Assembly (NCBI GenBank): GCA_035275285.1
Contig: DATENA010000338.1
Location: 5,875-69,874 of the forward strand
Direction: 5' to 3'
From: Fibrobacteria bacterium
Lineage (GTDB): Bacteria > Fibrobacterota > Fibrobacteria > UBA11236
Length of the DNA: 64,000 nucleotides
The first letter of the stretch is position 1. Every line of letters begins with the position of its first letter. Below are positions 40,379 through 50,032 of this stretch, one piece after another. The translations under genes were made by a program, and so were the position numbers. A model generated the notes under the pieces. That model was not told the DNA's origin. It was given only the letters and a program-made list of their open reading frames with translations, and did not search any database.

Positions 40379-40418
40379 GGATATCCGGAGCCGATGCCGG
40401 CTATCGAGCTGCGGTTCC

Positions 40419-42593
40419 CTACAGCTCCGTCGTCGCCGCCAACACCTGCTCGATGGTCGTCTCCCCCCGCAGCACCAGCTCGATGCCCGCCTGCCGCAAG
40501 GTCTTCATCCCTTCCTGCTCCGCGCAGGCCTGGATCTCCATGGTGGAGGCGTTCTTGAGGATGAGCTTCTTGACCTCGCGGGAACAGTTCAGCATCTCGA
40601 AAATGCCGATGCGGCCCTGGTAGCCCACGCCGTTGCAGGTCACGCAGCCTTCGCCCATGTGGAACTTCACCGCGGCCGCGTCCTCGACGCGCAGGTGGAG
40701 CTGTTCGATCATCTCCCGCGGCGGGGAATAGGGCACCTTGCAGCGCGCGCAGATCTTGCGGACCAGGCGCTGGGCCACCACCAGGTTCAGGGACGAGGCC
40801 AGCAACAGGGGCGGGATGCCGATGTCGACGAAGCGCGCGATGGCGCTGGAAGCGTCGTTGGTGTGCAGGGACGAGAACACCATGTGGCCGGTGAGGGCCA
40901 TCTTGACCGCGATGTCCGCGGTTTCGTTGTCGCGGATTTCCCCGATGAGGATGGTGTCCGGGTCCTGGCGCAGGATGGAGCGCAGGGCGTTGGCGAAGGA
41001 CATGCCGATGGCGGCGTTGACGTGCACCTGGGTCACGCCTTCCATGTGGTATTCCACCGGGTCTTCCACGGTGATGATGTTGGACGTGACGTCCTTGATC
41101 TGCTGGAGGGCGGAATAGAGCGTGGTGGACTTGCCGGAACCCGTGGGGCCAGTCACCACGATCATGCCGTGGGGCTTTCCGATGTTCTCGCGGAAGATCT
41201 TGAGCTCGTGGTCCGTGAAGCCCAGGTTGTACATGCTCTTTTCGTAGGCTTCCTTGTCCAGGATGCGCAGCACGCATTTCTCGCCGAAGATGGTGGGCAG
41301 GATGGAGACCCGCACGTCCACTTCCTTGAGGCCTATCTTGACCACCATGCGCCCGTCCTGGGGCAGGCGGCGCTCGGCGATGTTGAGGTCCGAAAGGATC
41401 TTGATGCGGGTGACGATGGCCTGGTGGGAGTGGCGCGGCGGGGACATGACCCGGCGCAGCTCGCCGTCGATGCGGTAGCGCACCGACAGCTCCTTCTCCA
41501 TCGGCTCGATGTGGATGTCGCTGGCGCGGTCGCGCACGGCGTTGGCGATGAGCATGTTCACCAGCTTGATGATGCCCAGCTCGGCGCCTGCGCTGGCGGC
41601 CTCCTCGACGCCCATCTCCTCTTCGACCTTCTTGATGTACTGCACCTCGGTCGCGAGGTCGGCCATCAGGTCGGAGGCGCTCCGGTGGGAGGCGATGTCC
41701 CGGTAATAGCGGTCGATGGAGACGGTGATGTCTTCCAGCGTGCCCAGGATGGGCGTGATGCGCAGATCGGTCTGATCGCGCAGGTTGTCCAAAAGGCGCA
41801 GGTTGGACGTGTCCAGCATGGCCACGATGAGTTCGTCTTCTATCTTCTCCAGGCCGATGCAATGGTATTCCCGGGCCACGCGCTCGGGGATCAGGGCCAC
41901 CACGTTCAGGTCCGCGGAGGCGAATTGCTTGGGGGTGGCCACGGGCACGCCCAACTGGCTGGCCAGGAAATGCGTCTTCTGGAATTCGTCGATGAAGCCG
42001 AGGGAGACCAGGGCATCTCCCAGCCGGAGGTTGGTGGTCTCCTTCTGGAAGTCCAGGGCCTTCTTCAATTGCACGGAGGTGATGATGCCGTTCTCGACCA
42101 GGATGGCGCCCAGGGCCTGGGCTTTCCTGGTGAAGTCCATGCGCTGGGACTTCTTCTTGTGCTCGATGCGCAGGGACGCGACGTAGGTCTTCAGGATCTT
42201 GCCCAGCTCCTGGGGAGGCAGGGGCAGGTAGAGGATGTCGTCCGCGGCGAGTTCGGTCCTGGCTTCGGACACCTGGGCCATGCCGCCTTCGTTGACCACG
42301 GCCAGCAGGCAGGGGACCTTGGCGATGAGCTTGAGGGTGGCCACGTCATGGACGAAGGTTTCCAGGGAGTCCCCGGGGCTGAAAATGGCCAGGGCCATTT
42401 CGCATTGGAGCTTGTCCGAATGCCCGAAGTTGCCCGCGAACAGTTGCAGGAACTGTCCTACTTCCGCCGCTTTCAGGAGCTGCGCGAATTGCTGCAAGGA
42501 CTCTTTGCGGTACGCCAGCAGGGTGGTCTTCAGAGGCGCAAGGTTTTCCACGGCGGGTCCTGATTCGGATGCGGTTCTGGCCAAAGTCGTCAT
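40419..42593 (-). CDS. type IV pilus / T2SS assembly ATPase of the MshE/GspE type with N-terminal c-di-GMP-binding MshEN-like domain
   Basis: Walker A VTGPTGSGKSTTLY, Asp/His boxes, and tetracysteine CARC...CVTCNG. The N-terminal region has RLGDALVSLGFIDEFQKTHFLASQLGV, matching the MshEN RLGxx(L)(V/I)xxG(I/F)xxxxLxxxLxxQ c-di-GMP motif. An extra roughly 130-aa N-terminal segment has unknown function. Confidence 0.85.
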   Translation of the reverse strand: MTTLARTASESGPAVENLAPLKTTLLAYRKESLQQFAQLLKAAEVGQFLQLFAGNFGHSDKLQCEMALAIFSPGDSLETFVHDVATLKLIAKVPCLLAVVNEGGMAQVSEARTELAADDILYLPLPPQELGKILKTYVASLRIEHKKKSQRMDFTRKAQALGAILVENGIITSVQLKKALDFQKETTNLRLGDALVSLGFIDEFQKTHFLASQLGVPVATPKQFASADLNVVALIPERVAREYHCIGLEKIEDELIVAMLDTSNLRLLDNLRDQTDLRITPILGTLEDITVSIDRYYRDIASHRSASDLMADLATEVQYIKKVEEEMGVEEAASAGAELGIIKLVNMLIANAVRDRASDIHIEPMEKELSVRYRIDGELRRVMSPPRHSHQAIVTRIKILSDLNIAERRLPQDGRMVVKIGLKEVDVRVSILPTIFGEKCVLRILDKEAYEKSMYNLGFTDHELKIFRENIGKPHGMIVVTGPTGSGKSTTLYSALQQIKDVTSNIITVEDPVEYHMEGVTQVHVNAAIGMSFANALRSILRQDPDTILIGEIRDNETADIAVKMALTGHMVFSSLHTNDASSAIARFVDIGIPPLLLASSLNLVVAQRLVRKICARCKVPYSPPREMIEQLHLRVEDAAAVKFHMGEGCVTCNGVGYQGRIGIFEMLNCSREVKKLILKNASTMEIQACAEQEGMKTLRQAGIELVLRGETTIEQVLAATTEL

Positions 42594-42793
42594 ATTATCG
42601 TGCCTGATGGTTGTAAAAGCCCGGAAAAGGCGCGCCCGGAGGGATGCCTAAACATAGAATGATTCCCGTTTTGGGCTCAACGGCAAATTCCTCAATTCCC
42701 GTGTCCATAAAGAAGCAAATTTCCACGAAGCAAAAATAAACTGGAAATCTCCTGCGGTGGGCCTGATAATCCCTATATTTACGGCAAATCGCC

Positions 42794-43633
42794 ATGGTCG
42801 ACCTGTATCAATATACCGATTACCGAAAGTATCTTCGGGATTATTACGAAGCAAAAAGAGCCTCCCAAAAGGAGTTCACCCACCGGTATATCGCCCAGGC
42901 CATCGGGTTCAAATCCACGGGCACCTTCGCCCAGATCCTGCAGGGCAAAACCAACATCTCTCCGCAGACCATCCTGCATTTCGTGCGCTTTCTGGCCCTG
43001 AAAAAGGACGAAGCGGATTATTTCGAATTGCTGGTGCTCTTCAACCAGGGCAAAAGCCATGCGGAAAAGAAGCGCTATTTCGAGAGGATCATTTCCTTTC
43101 CCAAATCGAACCTCAAGCAGGTGGACTCCACCCAGTACGCCTTCTATGAGAAATGGTATTACAGCGTCATCCGCGAAACCCTGGCGTTCCATCCCTTCGT
43201 GGACGATTTCCGGGAGCTGGCGCGCCTGCTCATGCCCCCCATCGCCACCTCCGAAGCCCAGAAGGCCATAAGGCTCCTGGAAGAGCTGGGGCTGATCCGC
43301 AAGAACGAAGGCGGCGTCTACGAAAAATCCGATCCGGTGATCACCTCGGGATACGACACCCGCTCCCTGGCGGTCAACCAATTCATCATCGAGACCCTGG
43401 ACCTGGCCAAGGTGGCCCTGGACGAGCTGCCGCGGGACGAGCGCAGCCTGTCGGCCCTGACCCTGAGCCTGCCCGAGGACGGCTATGCCATGATCGAGGA
43501 AAAAGTCAAAAACTTCCGCCGCGAGCTGTTGGAGCTGGCGCGCAACTGCGCGGAACCCAAGCGGGTCATCCAAGTCAATTTCCAGATCTTCCCGGTGACG
43601 CGGAAGCCCGACGAGGGGAAACATGAAGCCTAA
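42794..43633 (+). CDS. DUF4423/TIGR02147-like putative regulator with N-terminal HTH
   Basis: ..FTHRYIAQAIGFKSTGTFAQILQGKTNIS.. is HTH-like. The family assignment is from memory and tentative. Confidence 0.45.
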   Translation: MVDLYQYTDYRKYLRDYYEAKRASQKEFTHRYIAQAIGFKSTGTFAQILQGKTNISPQTILHFVRFLALKKDEADYFELLVLFNQGKSHAEKKRYFERIISFPKSNLKQVDSTQYAFYEKWYYSVIRETLAFHPFVDDFRELARLLMPPIATSEAQKAIRLLEELGLIRKNEGGVYEKSDPVITSGYDTRSLAVNQFIIETLDLAKVALDELPRDERSLSALTLSLPEDGYAMIEEKVKNFRRELLELARNCAEPKRVIQVNFQIFPVTRKPDEGKHEA

Positions 43634-45320
43634 ACCGATCTCCGCCCGCCTCGCCCGAGCCCTGCTCGGAAGCCTGGCGATCCTGGCCGGGACCCATTGC
43701 ACGGAAAGCCCCACGGAAGCGCTCCAAGGCGGCGGCGGGTCGGAAGCCGTGGCCCTGGTCGGATCCTTCGAGTACCCCGATCACAAGCCCGCCATGCAGG
43801 CCAGCGTGCGCCTGCGCCCCCGGCTGTTCCTGTCCGACACCGCCGCGGGAGCCGCCCCGGCCGCCGGTTCCGGGACCGTGCTGGACGCCGTGACCGATTC
43901 CCAAGGCGCCTTCCGCATGGATTCGGTGAAGCGCGGCGATTATTTCCTGGAGATCCGCGACAGCGCCTCGCACGGGCTGCTCATCCCCTGTACCCTGACG
44001 GGGGATTCCACCGTGGTCAGGCTGGAGGCGGCCGCCCTGCGGCCCACGGGAGCGGTGACCGGATCCATCGTGGCGCCGGAAGGCTTCGCGGGCCGCACCT
44101 ATGTCCAGGTGTACGGCCTGGATCGCCAGGTCAAGACCGATTCCGCCACGGGCCGGTTCCGCATGGACGGGCTGCCCCAGGGGACCTACACCCTCCGGGC
44201 CGTGTACAGCGCTCCGGCGGTGGACCCGCGCGAGATAGACAGCGTGGCGGCCTACGCCGCCGACACCACCGACATCGGGGCCGTGCGCCTGGCCTCCTTC
44301 GAGAACGAGAACTACGCGGCCTGGCCCCGATCCCGGCGCCTCTACGTGAACACCACCGCCTCCGGCGCCAACGTGGCCGGCAACGTGGACGACTTCCCCC
44401 TGCTGGTCCGCCTCACCAAGGACAATTTCGACTTCTCCGCCGGCCGGGGCGGCCGCGACGTCCGCTTCGCGGACGCCAAGGGGAAACGTCTGCGTTACGA
44501 GGTGGAACGCTGGGACTCGGCCGCCGCGGTCGCGGAGCTGTGGGTGCGCCTGGACCGCGTGAACGGGAACTCCAACTCCCAGTTCATCACCATGCATTGG
44601 GGCCTGCCCGGCGCGGAGGACATCGCCGATTCCCGCATGGTGTTCGGCGCGGACGCGGGTTTCGCGGGCGTCTGGCACCTGGGCGAAAGCGAACCGGACA
44701 CCGTCTCGGCGGATCTCTACCGGGATGCCGTGGGATACGATCCGGCGGCCGACCGGGTGGCCTCCTCCGGCCGGGACGGCGTGGTGGGCTACGGCGCGGC
44801 CTTCGAAGGCGACGACTACATCGCCGTGCCCGTGGCCAATCCGCTCTTGCAGCCCAACGCCATGGTCTCCGTGTCCGCCTGGATGAAGGCCTCGCGCACC
44901 TCCGTCCTGGGCGGGAACATCCTGTCCATGGGCGACAGCTATACCCTGCGCGTCAATCCGAACGGCACCGGCCGCTTCTCCTTTTTCAACGGGGAAATGA
45001 TCGGGGTGGAAACCCCCAAGACCGTCAACCTGCTCGACTCGGCCTGGCATCACCTGGCGGCCACGTACGATGGATCCGCCCTGTCCCTCTACGTGGACGG
45101 AAAGCTCTCGGCCAGGGCCGCGGCCAAAGGATCCCTCGACTACCGCTTCTGGCCCGCCTTCGTCATGGGCCGGCACGGCAACCGCAAGCCGGGATACGAT
45201 TTCCACGGCAGCCTGGACCAGGTGGAGGTTTCCGGCGAAACGGCCCGGTCGGCGGATTGGATCAAGCTGGCGTACGAGAACCAGCGGACCGGCTCCAAGC
45301 TGGTGGAGTTCCGGCCTTAG
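43623..45320 (+). CDS. lipoprotein with carboxypeptidase-regulatory-like, DUF2341 and LamG (concanavalin-like) domains
   Basis: Lipobox LAGTHC. Tandem beta-sandwich-like repeats (..GDYFLEI.., ..GTYTLRAV..). DUF2341-like ..DFPLLVRLTKDNFDFS..RFAD..G..L.YEVERWD... C-terminal LamG-like ..ALSLYVDGKL... Confidence 0.55.
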   Translation: MKPKPISARLARALLGSLAILAGTHCTESPTEALQGGGGSEAVALVGSFEYPDHKPAMQASVRLRPRLFLSDTAAGAAPAAGSGTVLDAVTDSQGAFRMDSVKRGDYFLEIRDSASHGLLIPCTLTGDSTVVRLEAAALRPTGAVTGSIVAPEGFAGRTYVQVYGLDRQVKTDSATGRFRMDGLPQGTYTLRAVYSAPAVDPREIDSVAAYAADTTDIGAVRLASFENENYAAWPRSRRLYVNTTASGANVAGNVDDFPLLVRLTKDNFDFSAGRGGRDVRFADAKGKRLRYEVERWDSAAAVAELWVRLDRVNGNSNSQFITMHWGLPGAEDIADSRMVFGADAGFAGVWHLGESEPDTVSADLYRDAVGYDPAADRVASSGRDGVVGYGAAFEGDDYIAVPVANPLLQPNAMVSVSAWMKASRTSVLGGNILSMGDSYTLRVNPNGTGRFSFFNGEMIGVETPKTVNLLDSAWHHLAATYDGSALSLYVDGKLSARAAAKGSLDYRFWPAFVMGRHGNRKPGYDFHGSLDQVEVSGETARSADWIKLAYENQRTGSKLVEFRP

Positions 45321-45345
45321 TACTAGAGGGTGTTATCGGCCCGGG

Positions 45346-46764
45346 CTATCTGGCCCCGGCCGGATCCTTGGTCCCGCCCGTTTCGAAAATCAGGTCCGAC
45401 GATTTGCGGACGATCTTGGGCTTGACCTCGATGATGAGGTTGGTCCTGCGCTTGACGCTCAGGCGATGGGTGAACAAGGCGCCGATCAGGGGGATTTGCC
45501 CCAGTATCGGCAGCTTCCGCAACTCTTCCGTATCCTCTTCCGAAAGCAACCCCGCCAGGAACACCGTCTGGCCGTCGGCCACGCGCACGGTGGTCTTGGT
45601 GGTGCGCACCTTCACCAGGGGCAGGTCCGAATTGGGGCCCTTGAAGCCGGTGATGGAGCTGACCTCCGGTTCCAGGTTCAGGGTGATTTCCGCGTCTTCG
45701 TTGACGTGGGGCATCATCTTGATCTTCACGCCCACGTCTTCGTGCTGGACCTGCTGGTTGGCGCCGCCGCCCGCAAGGGCCGCGGAGTTGTAGGTCTGGA
45801 TGACGTACGGGATCTTCTCGCCGATGTGCAGGCTCGCCTCCCGGTTATTGGTGGTGGTGAGCTTGGAGTTCATCAGCACGCGGGCGTCGCCGTTCTGGAT
45901 GAGCATGTCCAGGAGCAGGTTGAGGCTGATGGGCGAGCGGGTTCCGCTTTTGAGCAGATAGCCTTCGCTGACCGGGGCGGCGGGGAAGCCGATACCGGTG
46001 GAGACGGGGGAAAGGGCGCCCCAGTCGATGCCGTATTTATCCTGGTTGTCCACGGTGACTTCGATCAGCCGCGTCTCGAGAAGCACCTGGGTATGGGGAT
46101 GATCGATGGAGCGCACGATGCGCTCGATTTCGTTGATGACGCGCGGGCTGGCATAGGCGATGAGGCGGTTGCCGCCGCGATCCACCTTGACGTTCTTGCT
46201 GAAGTCCGCGAGCAGGGTGGCGACTTCCTCCGCATCGGCGTAGTTGAGGGCGATGACGTAGCCGGATTGGCCCACCTCGTCCTTGAGCTTGCCCGGTTCG
46301 CCGATGAGCACGGAGTTGCCGATGATTTCGTAAGAGAGGCCCGCGGCGCGCACGATGAGATCGATGGCTTCGGATACCGGAGTCTTGTTGAGGATGATGG
46401 AGATCTTCGCCTTCTGCACCCCTTCTCCGGCCACGAAGTTCATGCTGGAGCGATCGGCCATGACCTTGAGGATCTCGGAGAGATTGGCGTCCTGGGCGTT
46501 CAGGGAAATGGTCATGCGCAGCAGGGGATTGGGATCCTTGGTGATGATGGGCGACTCGGTCTTGAGTTCCACGGAGGCGGCGGGGGCGGACCCTTGCGGC
46601 CCGGAAGAGAGGGATTCCGCCATGACGGCCGTTCCGGTCAAGCCCAGAAAGGCGAGCACGAGGAAAGCGCGGGTCGCCGCAGCCGATTCTTGGACACGGG
46701 CGGGCGGCAAATCGGCCTGGAAGCGATAATCGTGGCCGCGGGAATGGATTCGTTTGGTCTGCAT
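45346..46764 (-). CDS. pilQ: type IV pilus / T2SS secretin (PilQ/GspD family)
   Basis: Signal peptide, N0/N1-like domains, and C-terminal secretin domain (..VTVDNQDKYGIDWG.., ..VADGQTVFLAGLL...LPILGQIPLIGALF). Start moved to MQTKRI because the upstream track ORF overlaps pilP in another frame. Confidence 0.8.
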   Translation of the reverse strand: MQTKRIHSRGHDYRFQADLPPARVQESAAATRAFLVLAFLGLTGTAVMAESLSSGPQGSAPAASVELKTESPIITKDPNPLLRMTISLNAQDANLSEILKVMADRSSMNFVAGEGVQKAKISIILNKTPVSEAIDLIVRAAGLSYEIIGNSVLIGEPGKLKDEVGQSGYVIALNYADAEEVATLLADFSKNVKVDRGGNRLIAYASPRVINEIERIVRSIDHPHTQVLLETRLIEVTVDNQDKYGIDWGALSPVSTGIGFPAAPVSEGYLLKSGTRSPISLNLLLDMLIQNGDARVLMNSKLTTTNNREASLHIGEKIPYVIQTYNSAALAGGGANQQVQHEDVGVKIKMMPHVNEDAEITLNLEPEVSSITGFKGPNSDLPLVKVRTTKTTVRVADGQTVFLAGLLSEEDTEELRKLPILGQIPLIGALFTHRLSVKRRTNLIIEVKPKIVRKSSDLIFETGGTKDPAGAR

Positions 46765-46778
46765 GTCTTCGTCCCGCC

Positions 46779-47366
46779 TTATTTTTTCTGGTAATTCCGG
46801 TTTCCGGACAAGTCGTAGCTGTATACGGCGGAATCGTTTTCCATCGTGATGTCTTTGCCGGTGATCCGGGTTACCTTGCGCGGACCCACCATGTCTCCCA
46901 CGTCCACGGACAAGGAGCGTTCCCCGTCCATGACGATGGCGGTGTGCTGGCCGTAATCGTCCGCGATGATGGCGGTCAGCTTGACCTGGTCGGTGGGCGC
47001 GGCCGGGGCCGCGGGAACTTTTCCCGAATCCGGTTTGGCGGCCGCAGCGTTTTTCGAAGCCGGGGCGGACCGGGCCGTGACCGCACGGCGCGGGGCCGGT
47101 TCGGATATCGGGGTGGCCATTTCGCGGCGGCGGCCGGTCATCGGATCCTTGCCGCCGGGATAGGAAAAGCTGGCGCGGAAGGCAAGCACCTGCTCCAGAT
47201 GGTCGACCAGATCGATGAATTTCTGGTCGTAGCCTTCGGTGGTGGCCAGGGATTGGTTCACTTCCAGGCGGAACCCGCTGTTCTGGGAGAAGACCCGCAG
47301 GGCCAGGCCCAAGGCCATGACCATGGAGAGGATGGCCGCGGCGGTGAATGGATTGAAACGCATCAT
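46779..47366 (-). CDS. pilP: PilP-like pilus assembly lipoprotein
   Basis: N-terminal TM/signal, Ala/Pro-rich linker, and C-terminal beta-domain ..KLTAIIADDYGQHTAIVMDGERSLSVDVGDMVG... The position between pilO and pilQ also supports the call. Confidence 0.55.
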   Translation of the reverse strand: MMRFNPFTAAAILSMVMALGLALRVFSQNSGFRLEVNQSLATTEGYDQKFIDLVDHLEQVLAFRASFSYPGGKDPMTGRRREMATPISEPAPRRAVTARSAPASKNAAAAKPDSGKVPAAPAAPTDQVKLTAIIADDYGQHTAIVMDGERSLSVDVGDMVGPRKVTRITGKDITMENDSAVYSYDLSGNRNYQKK

Positions 47367-47953
47367 CAGCCTTTCTTGACCCGGAACGTATCGAGGTGGA
47401 GCTTGATGGAAACGCCCTTGCGGCCGGGGGCGGTCGGCGCGGCAAGCCCTTTATTCTTGGACGGGGACGTCGCCGCGGGTGCAGGGGATTCCCGGGAGGT
47501 TTCCGAAACGTCGAAAGACGTCATGGCCATGACCCGGCGGCTGTTTTCCAGTTTGGAGCACAGTTCTCCGAAGCTGAAGAAATCTCCTTCCAGTTGGATG
47601 TCGTAGCCATAGGTGGTTACCCTTCCCGTGACGGTGGGAGGGAAGGGCCGGACCGACACCAGGTGCATCTTCAGATCGCCGACGCAGGAGGTCAGGAAGT
47701 CGAAGAGGATGGACTCATGGGAGACGGAATCCTCCTGGGCCGCGAAGTCGATGTTGCTGTACACCAGGTCCCGCACGTGGTTCAGGTTTTCGGAAACGAT
47801 TTTGGCCGTGGCGAGCTGGTTGGAGGTGATGATGCGTTGTTTTTCCAGATCCTTGAAGCGCGTTACGAACCGCGACGTATAGAACAAGTCCGCCGGGATC
47901 AGGCATACGGCGACCACGGTCATGGCAACGAGCAGGGTTTCGCCGGATTTCAT
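47366..47953 (-). CDS. pilO: PilO-like pilus assembly protein
   Basis: Bitopic, with a single TM after a short N-terminus. Start taken at MKSG, which gives an ATGA overlap with the pilN stop. The position also supports the call. Confidence 0.55.
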   Translation of the reverse strand: MKSGETLLVAMTVVAVCLIPADLFYTSRFVTRFKDLEKQRIITSNQLATAKIVSENLNHVRDLVYSNIDFAAQEDSVSHESILFDFLTSCVGDLKMHLVSVRPFPPTVTGRVTTYGYDIQLEGDFFSFGELCSKLENSRRVMAMTSFDVSETSRESPAPAATSPSKNKGLAAPTAPGRKGVSIKLHLDTFRVKKG

Positions 47954-48540
47954 AGGGGCTTCCATTTGGAGGTAAAGGCGGAAAAATCGAAAGACACCCG
48001 GCCGCTCTCATCCTTGCGTTCGGCGGAGTTCAATTGGATCTTCGAGAACGTATCCGAGAACGTGGTATCTTTCCGCAACCGGTTGAGGTATTGATCCAGC
48101 ACGAGCAGCTGGTCCTGCTGCGAATTCGCAAACCCGTAGCCTTTGACGTTCATGACGTTATTGTTGAAGGAGAAGCTCGTGATCCAATAATTGTCCGGAA
48201 GATGCTTGGCCATGGAGGCGAGCTTCTTGGTCCAGAACACACCTCTGGCCTGGAGATCGTTCAGGAGCTCGATATCCGACTTGTCCACGATCAGCTTGGC
48301 GGACGTGTATTTCCGGTACTCCCGCTGCAAGCGTTGGACCTTGTCCTTCTCGTTGGTCAGCACACGCTCCATCTGCATGATAGTCAGTCCGGAATACAAC
48401 AGGGAAAGGAGGAAGAACCCGAAGCAACCTGCCCCGAGGATCACGGCCAGGCGATGCTGCCTTTCGGATTTGATCTCCCTTTCCCGCAGGTCCCGGATCA
48501 GGTTCAGCCGGTACAGGGACATTCCCGATTTGGCGATCAT
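47950..48540 (-). CDS. pilN: PilN-like pilus assembly protein
   Basis: ..LYRLNLIRDLRERE.. followed by a TM helix and a periplasmic domain, which is the classic PilN layout. ATGA overlap with the pilM stop. Confidence 0.6.
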   Translation of the reverse strand: MIAKSGMSLYRLNLIRDLREREIKSERQHRLAVILGAGCFGFFLLSLLYSGLTIMQMERVLTNEKDKVQRLQREYRKYTSAKLIVDKSDIELLNDLQARGVFWTKKLASMAKHLPDNYWITSFSFNNNVMNVKGYGFANSQQDQLLVLDQYLNRLRKDTTFSDTFSKIQLNSAERKDESGRVSFDFSAFTSKWKPL

Positions 48541-49487
48541 GCTTCACCTCTTAACGCCAATGCCACGGCCAGGTCGAAACGGCCGGCCGCCGATTCGCGC
48601 ATGGATCCGAGCTTGCCCGCCAAATCCATCTTCTTGAGGGAAAGTCCCGTGGCATGGCCGACTTGGGCTAGCAGCGGCTCCTGGTCCAGGTAATCGCCCA
48701 ATAGGAGGATTTCCTGGAAGCCGGTGACCTGCGAATTCTTCTCGTAGAAGATCAGGGAACGGGAAATCTCGTCGGCCAGGGACCGGAGCCGTTTGTCCCT
48801 ATCCCCTTGGGACGCGTTCGGCCCGAAAACGTCTTCGGCCGCGAAGTAGATGTTGCGGTTGAAGAAAGGCGAATGTTCGCCGTCGATGACGATGGTGGAT
48901 ATCTGCGGACCCATGTGCATGGCCACCAACGGGTGGTCCCCCTCGCTTCCCCCTTTCCATGCCCAAATCGCGTTCGCCACCGCCACGGGAAGCACGTCCA
49001 CGGCGATGGCCTTGAGGCCGGCCTTTTCCAGCAGGGCCAAATGACGGTTGAGCAGGGAGTTGGCGGCCAATGCCACCATGACTTGTGCAAGTCCTCCGGT
49101 GGACCCCTGGTCCTCGTCCAGGACTTCGAAATCCAGGGTGGACGTAGCCACTTCGAAGTGGACCGTTTTCCTGAGCTCCAAGCGCAGGGCCTGCTCCATT
49201 TCCTCGGGGGCGAGCTTCCGGAACGGGAGCTGGCTGGCGAATACCTGTTTTCCGGACAAGCAGGCCACGACCGGATCCCGGGAGCCGATATTCAAGAGGC
49301 CTTTCACTTTCCGGAATCCGTCCAGCAATCCGAGGTCTTCCGAGAAATCGCCTTTCACCTCTTCCAGGCGATCCACGGAATAGATGCCCCGGCCGTCGGA
49401 AGAGATCCGGGCGGATCGGATCGTTTGATGATCCTGTTCGATGCCGAAGATGAAGCCCGGCTTGGAAGTCTGTATGCTGCGCTTCAT
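48537..49487 (-). CDS. pilM: PilM-like actin-fold pilus assembly protein
   Basis: Start at MKRSIQT, giving 316 aa. PilM/FtsA-like architecture (..FIFGIEQDHQTIRSARI.., ..LAVDVLPVAVANA..). The upstream part of the track ORF is low-complexity. Confidence 0.7.
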   Translation of the reverse strand: MKRSIQTSKPGFIFGIEQDHQTIRSARISSDGRGIYSVDRLEEVKGDFSEDLGLLDGFRKVKGLLNIGSRDPVVACLSGKQVFASQLPFRKLAPEEMEQALRLELRKTVHFEVATSTLDFEVLDEDQGSTGGLAQVMVALAANSLLNRHLALLEKAGLKAIAVDVLPVAVANAIWAWKGGSEGDHPLVAMHMGPQISTIVIDGEHSPFFNRNIYFAAEDVFGPNASQGDRDKRLRSLADEISRSLIFYEKNSQVTGFQEILLLGDYLDQEPLLAQVGHATGLSLKKMDLAGKLGSMRESAAGRFDLAVALALRGEA

Positions 49488-49537
49488 CGTGAGCCGCACG
49501 GGGTATGGGATTTCGGTAGGTGCATTGGATTCCGGTT

Positions 49538-50032
49538 CTAGGGGGATCGCCAATTGGTGAGGGAAAGATAACGAAGACCGTCGGTGGCGATGCCGTCGTT
49601 CGCGGGACCGCCGACGTCCGGGGCACCCACGTCCCAGGAGGCCTGGTAGGTTGCACTCCCCTTGACCGCCAGGGAGATCACGGTTTTGGTCGGCGCGGGG
49701 AAATTGTCGACCACCGTTACGGTAACCACGGACCCGTTCTCGAAAGTCTGGCCGGGAATGATGATCTGGGTGGCCCCGGCCCAGCCCTGGTTGCCCGTGA
49801 TGAACGCTTTGGCGTCCGCCTGATTGCGCAGCCATCCGACTCCCATCATGAGGCCCGATTCCGCGTCGTTGAAACATTGCATGCGAAAATAACTGTTGTC
49901 CTCATCGTTCCGCGCGTTCCCCGCCACGATCATCAAGCTGGCCGCGGCCATGGACAGGATCACCGAGAAGCCCAGGACGGCGACCAGAATCGATCCCTTC
50001 TGGCTTAAAGATGGCTGGCGGCATTGCGGCAT
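49538..50032 (-). CDS. pilus-associated hypothetical protein with N-terminal TM (minor-pilin-like)
   Basis: Start at MPQCRQ. The ..KGSILVAVLGFSVILSMAAASLMIVAG.. hydrophobic segment lacks a canonical G|F(T)L(I)E prepilin site. Confidence 0.4.
   Translation of the reverse strand: MPQCRQPSLSQKGSILVAVLGFSVILSMAAASLMIVAGNARNDEDNSYFRMQCFNDAESGLMMGVGWLRNQADAKAFITGNQGWAGATQIIIPGQTFENGSVVTVTVVDNFPAPTKTVISLAVKGSATYQASWDVGAPDVGGPANDGIATDGLRYLSLTNWRSP

Noticed and set aside
40363-41862. 499-aa minus-strand ORF in another frame of the pilus ATPase gene, and 780-aa plus ORF 40221..42563
   Set aside because: Arg/His/Pro-rich translations. The ATPase frame carries the Walker motifs.
43575-45206. 543-aa minus ORF antisense to the DUF2341/LamG lipoprotein gene
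   Set aside because: Low-complexity Gly/Arg/His composition with no signal or motif. The plus-strand gene has a lipobox and domain logic.
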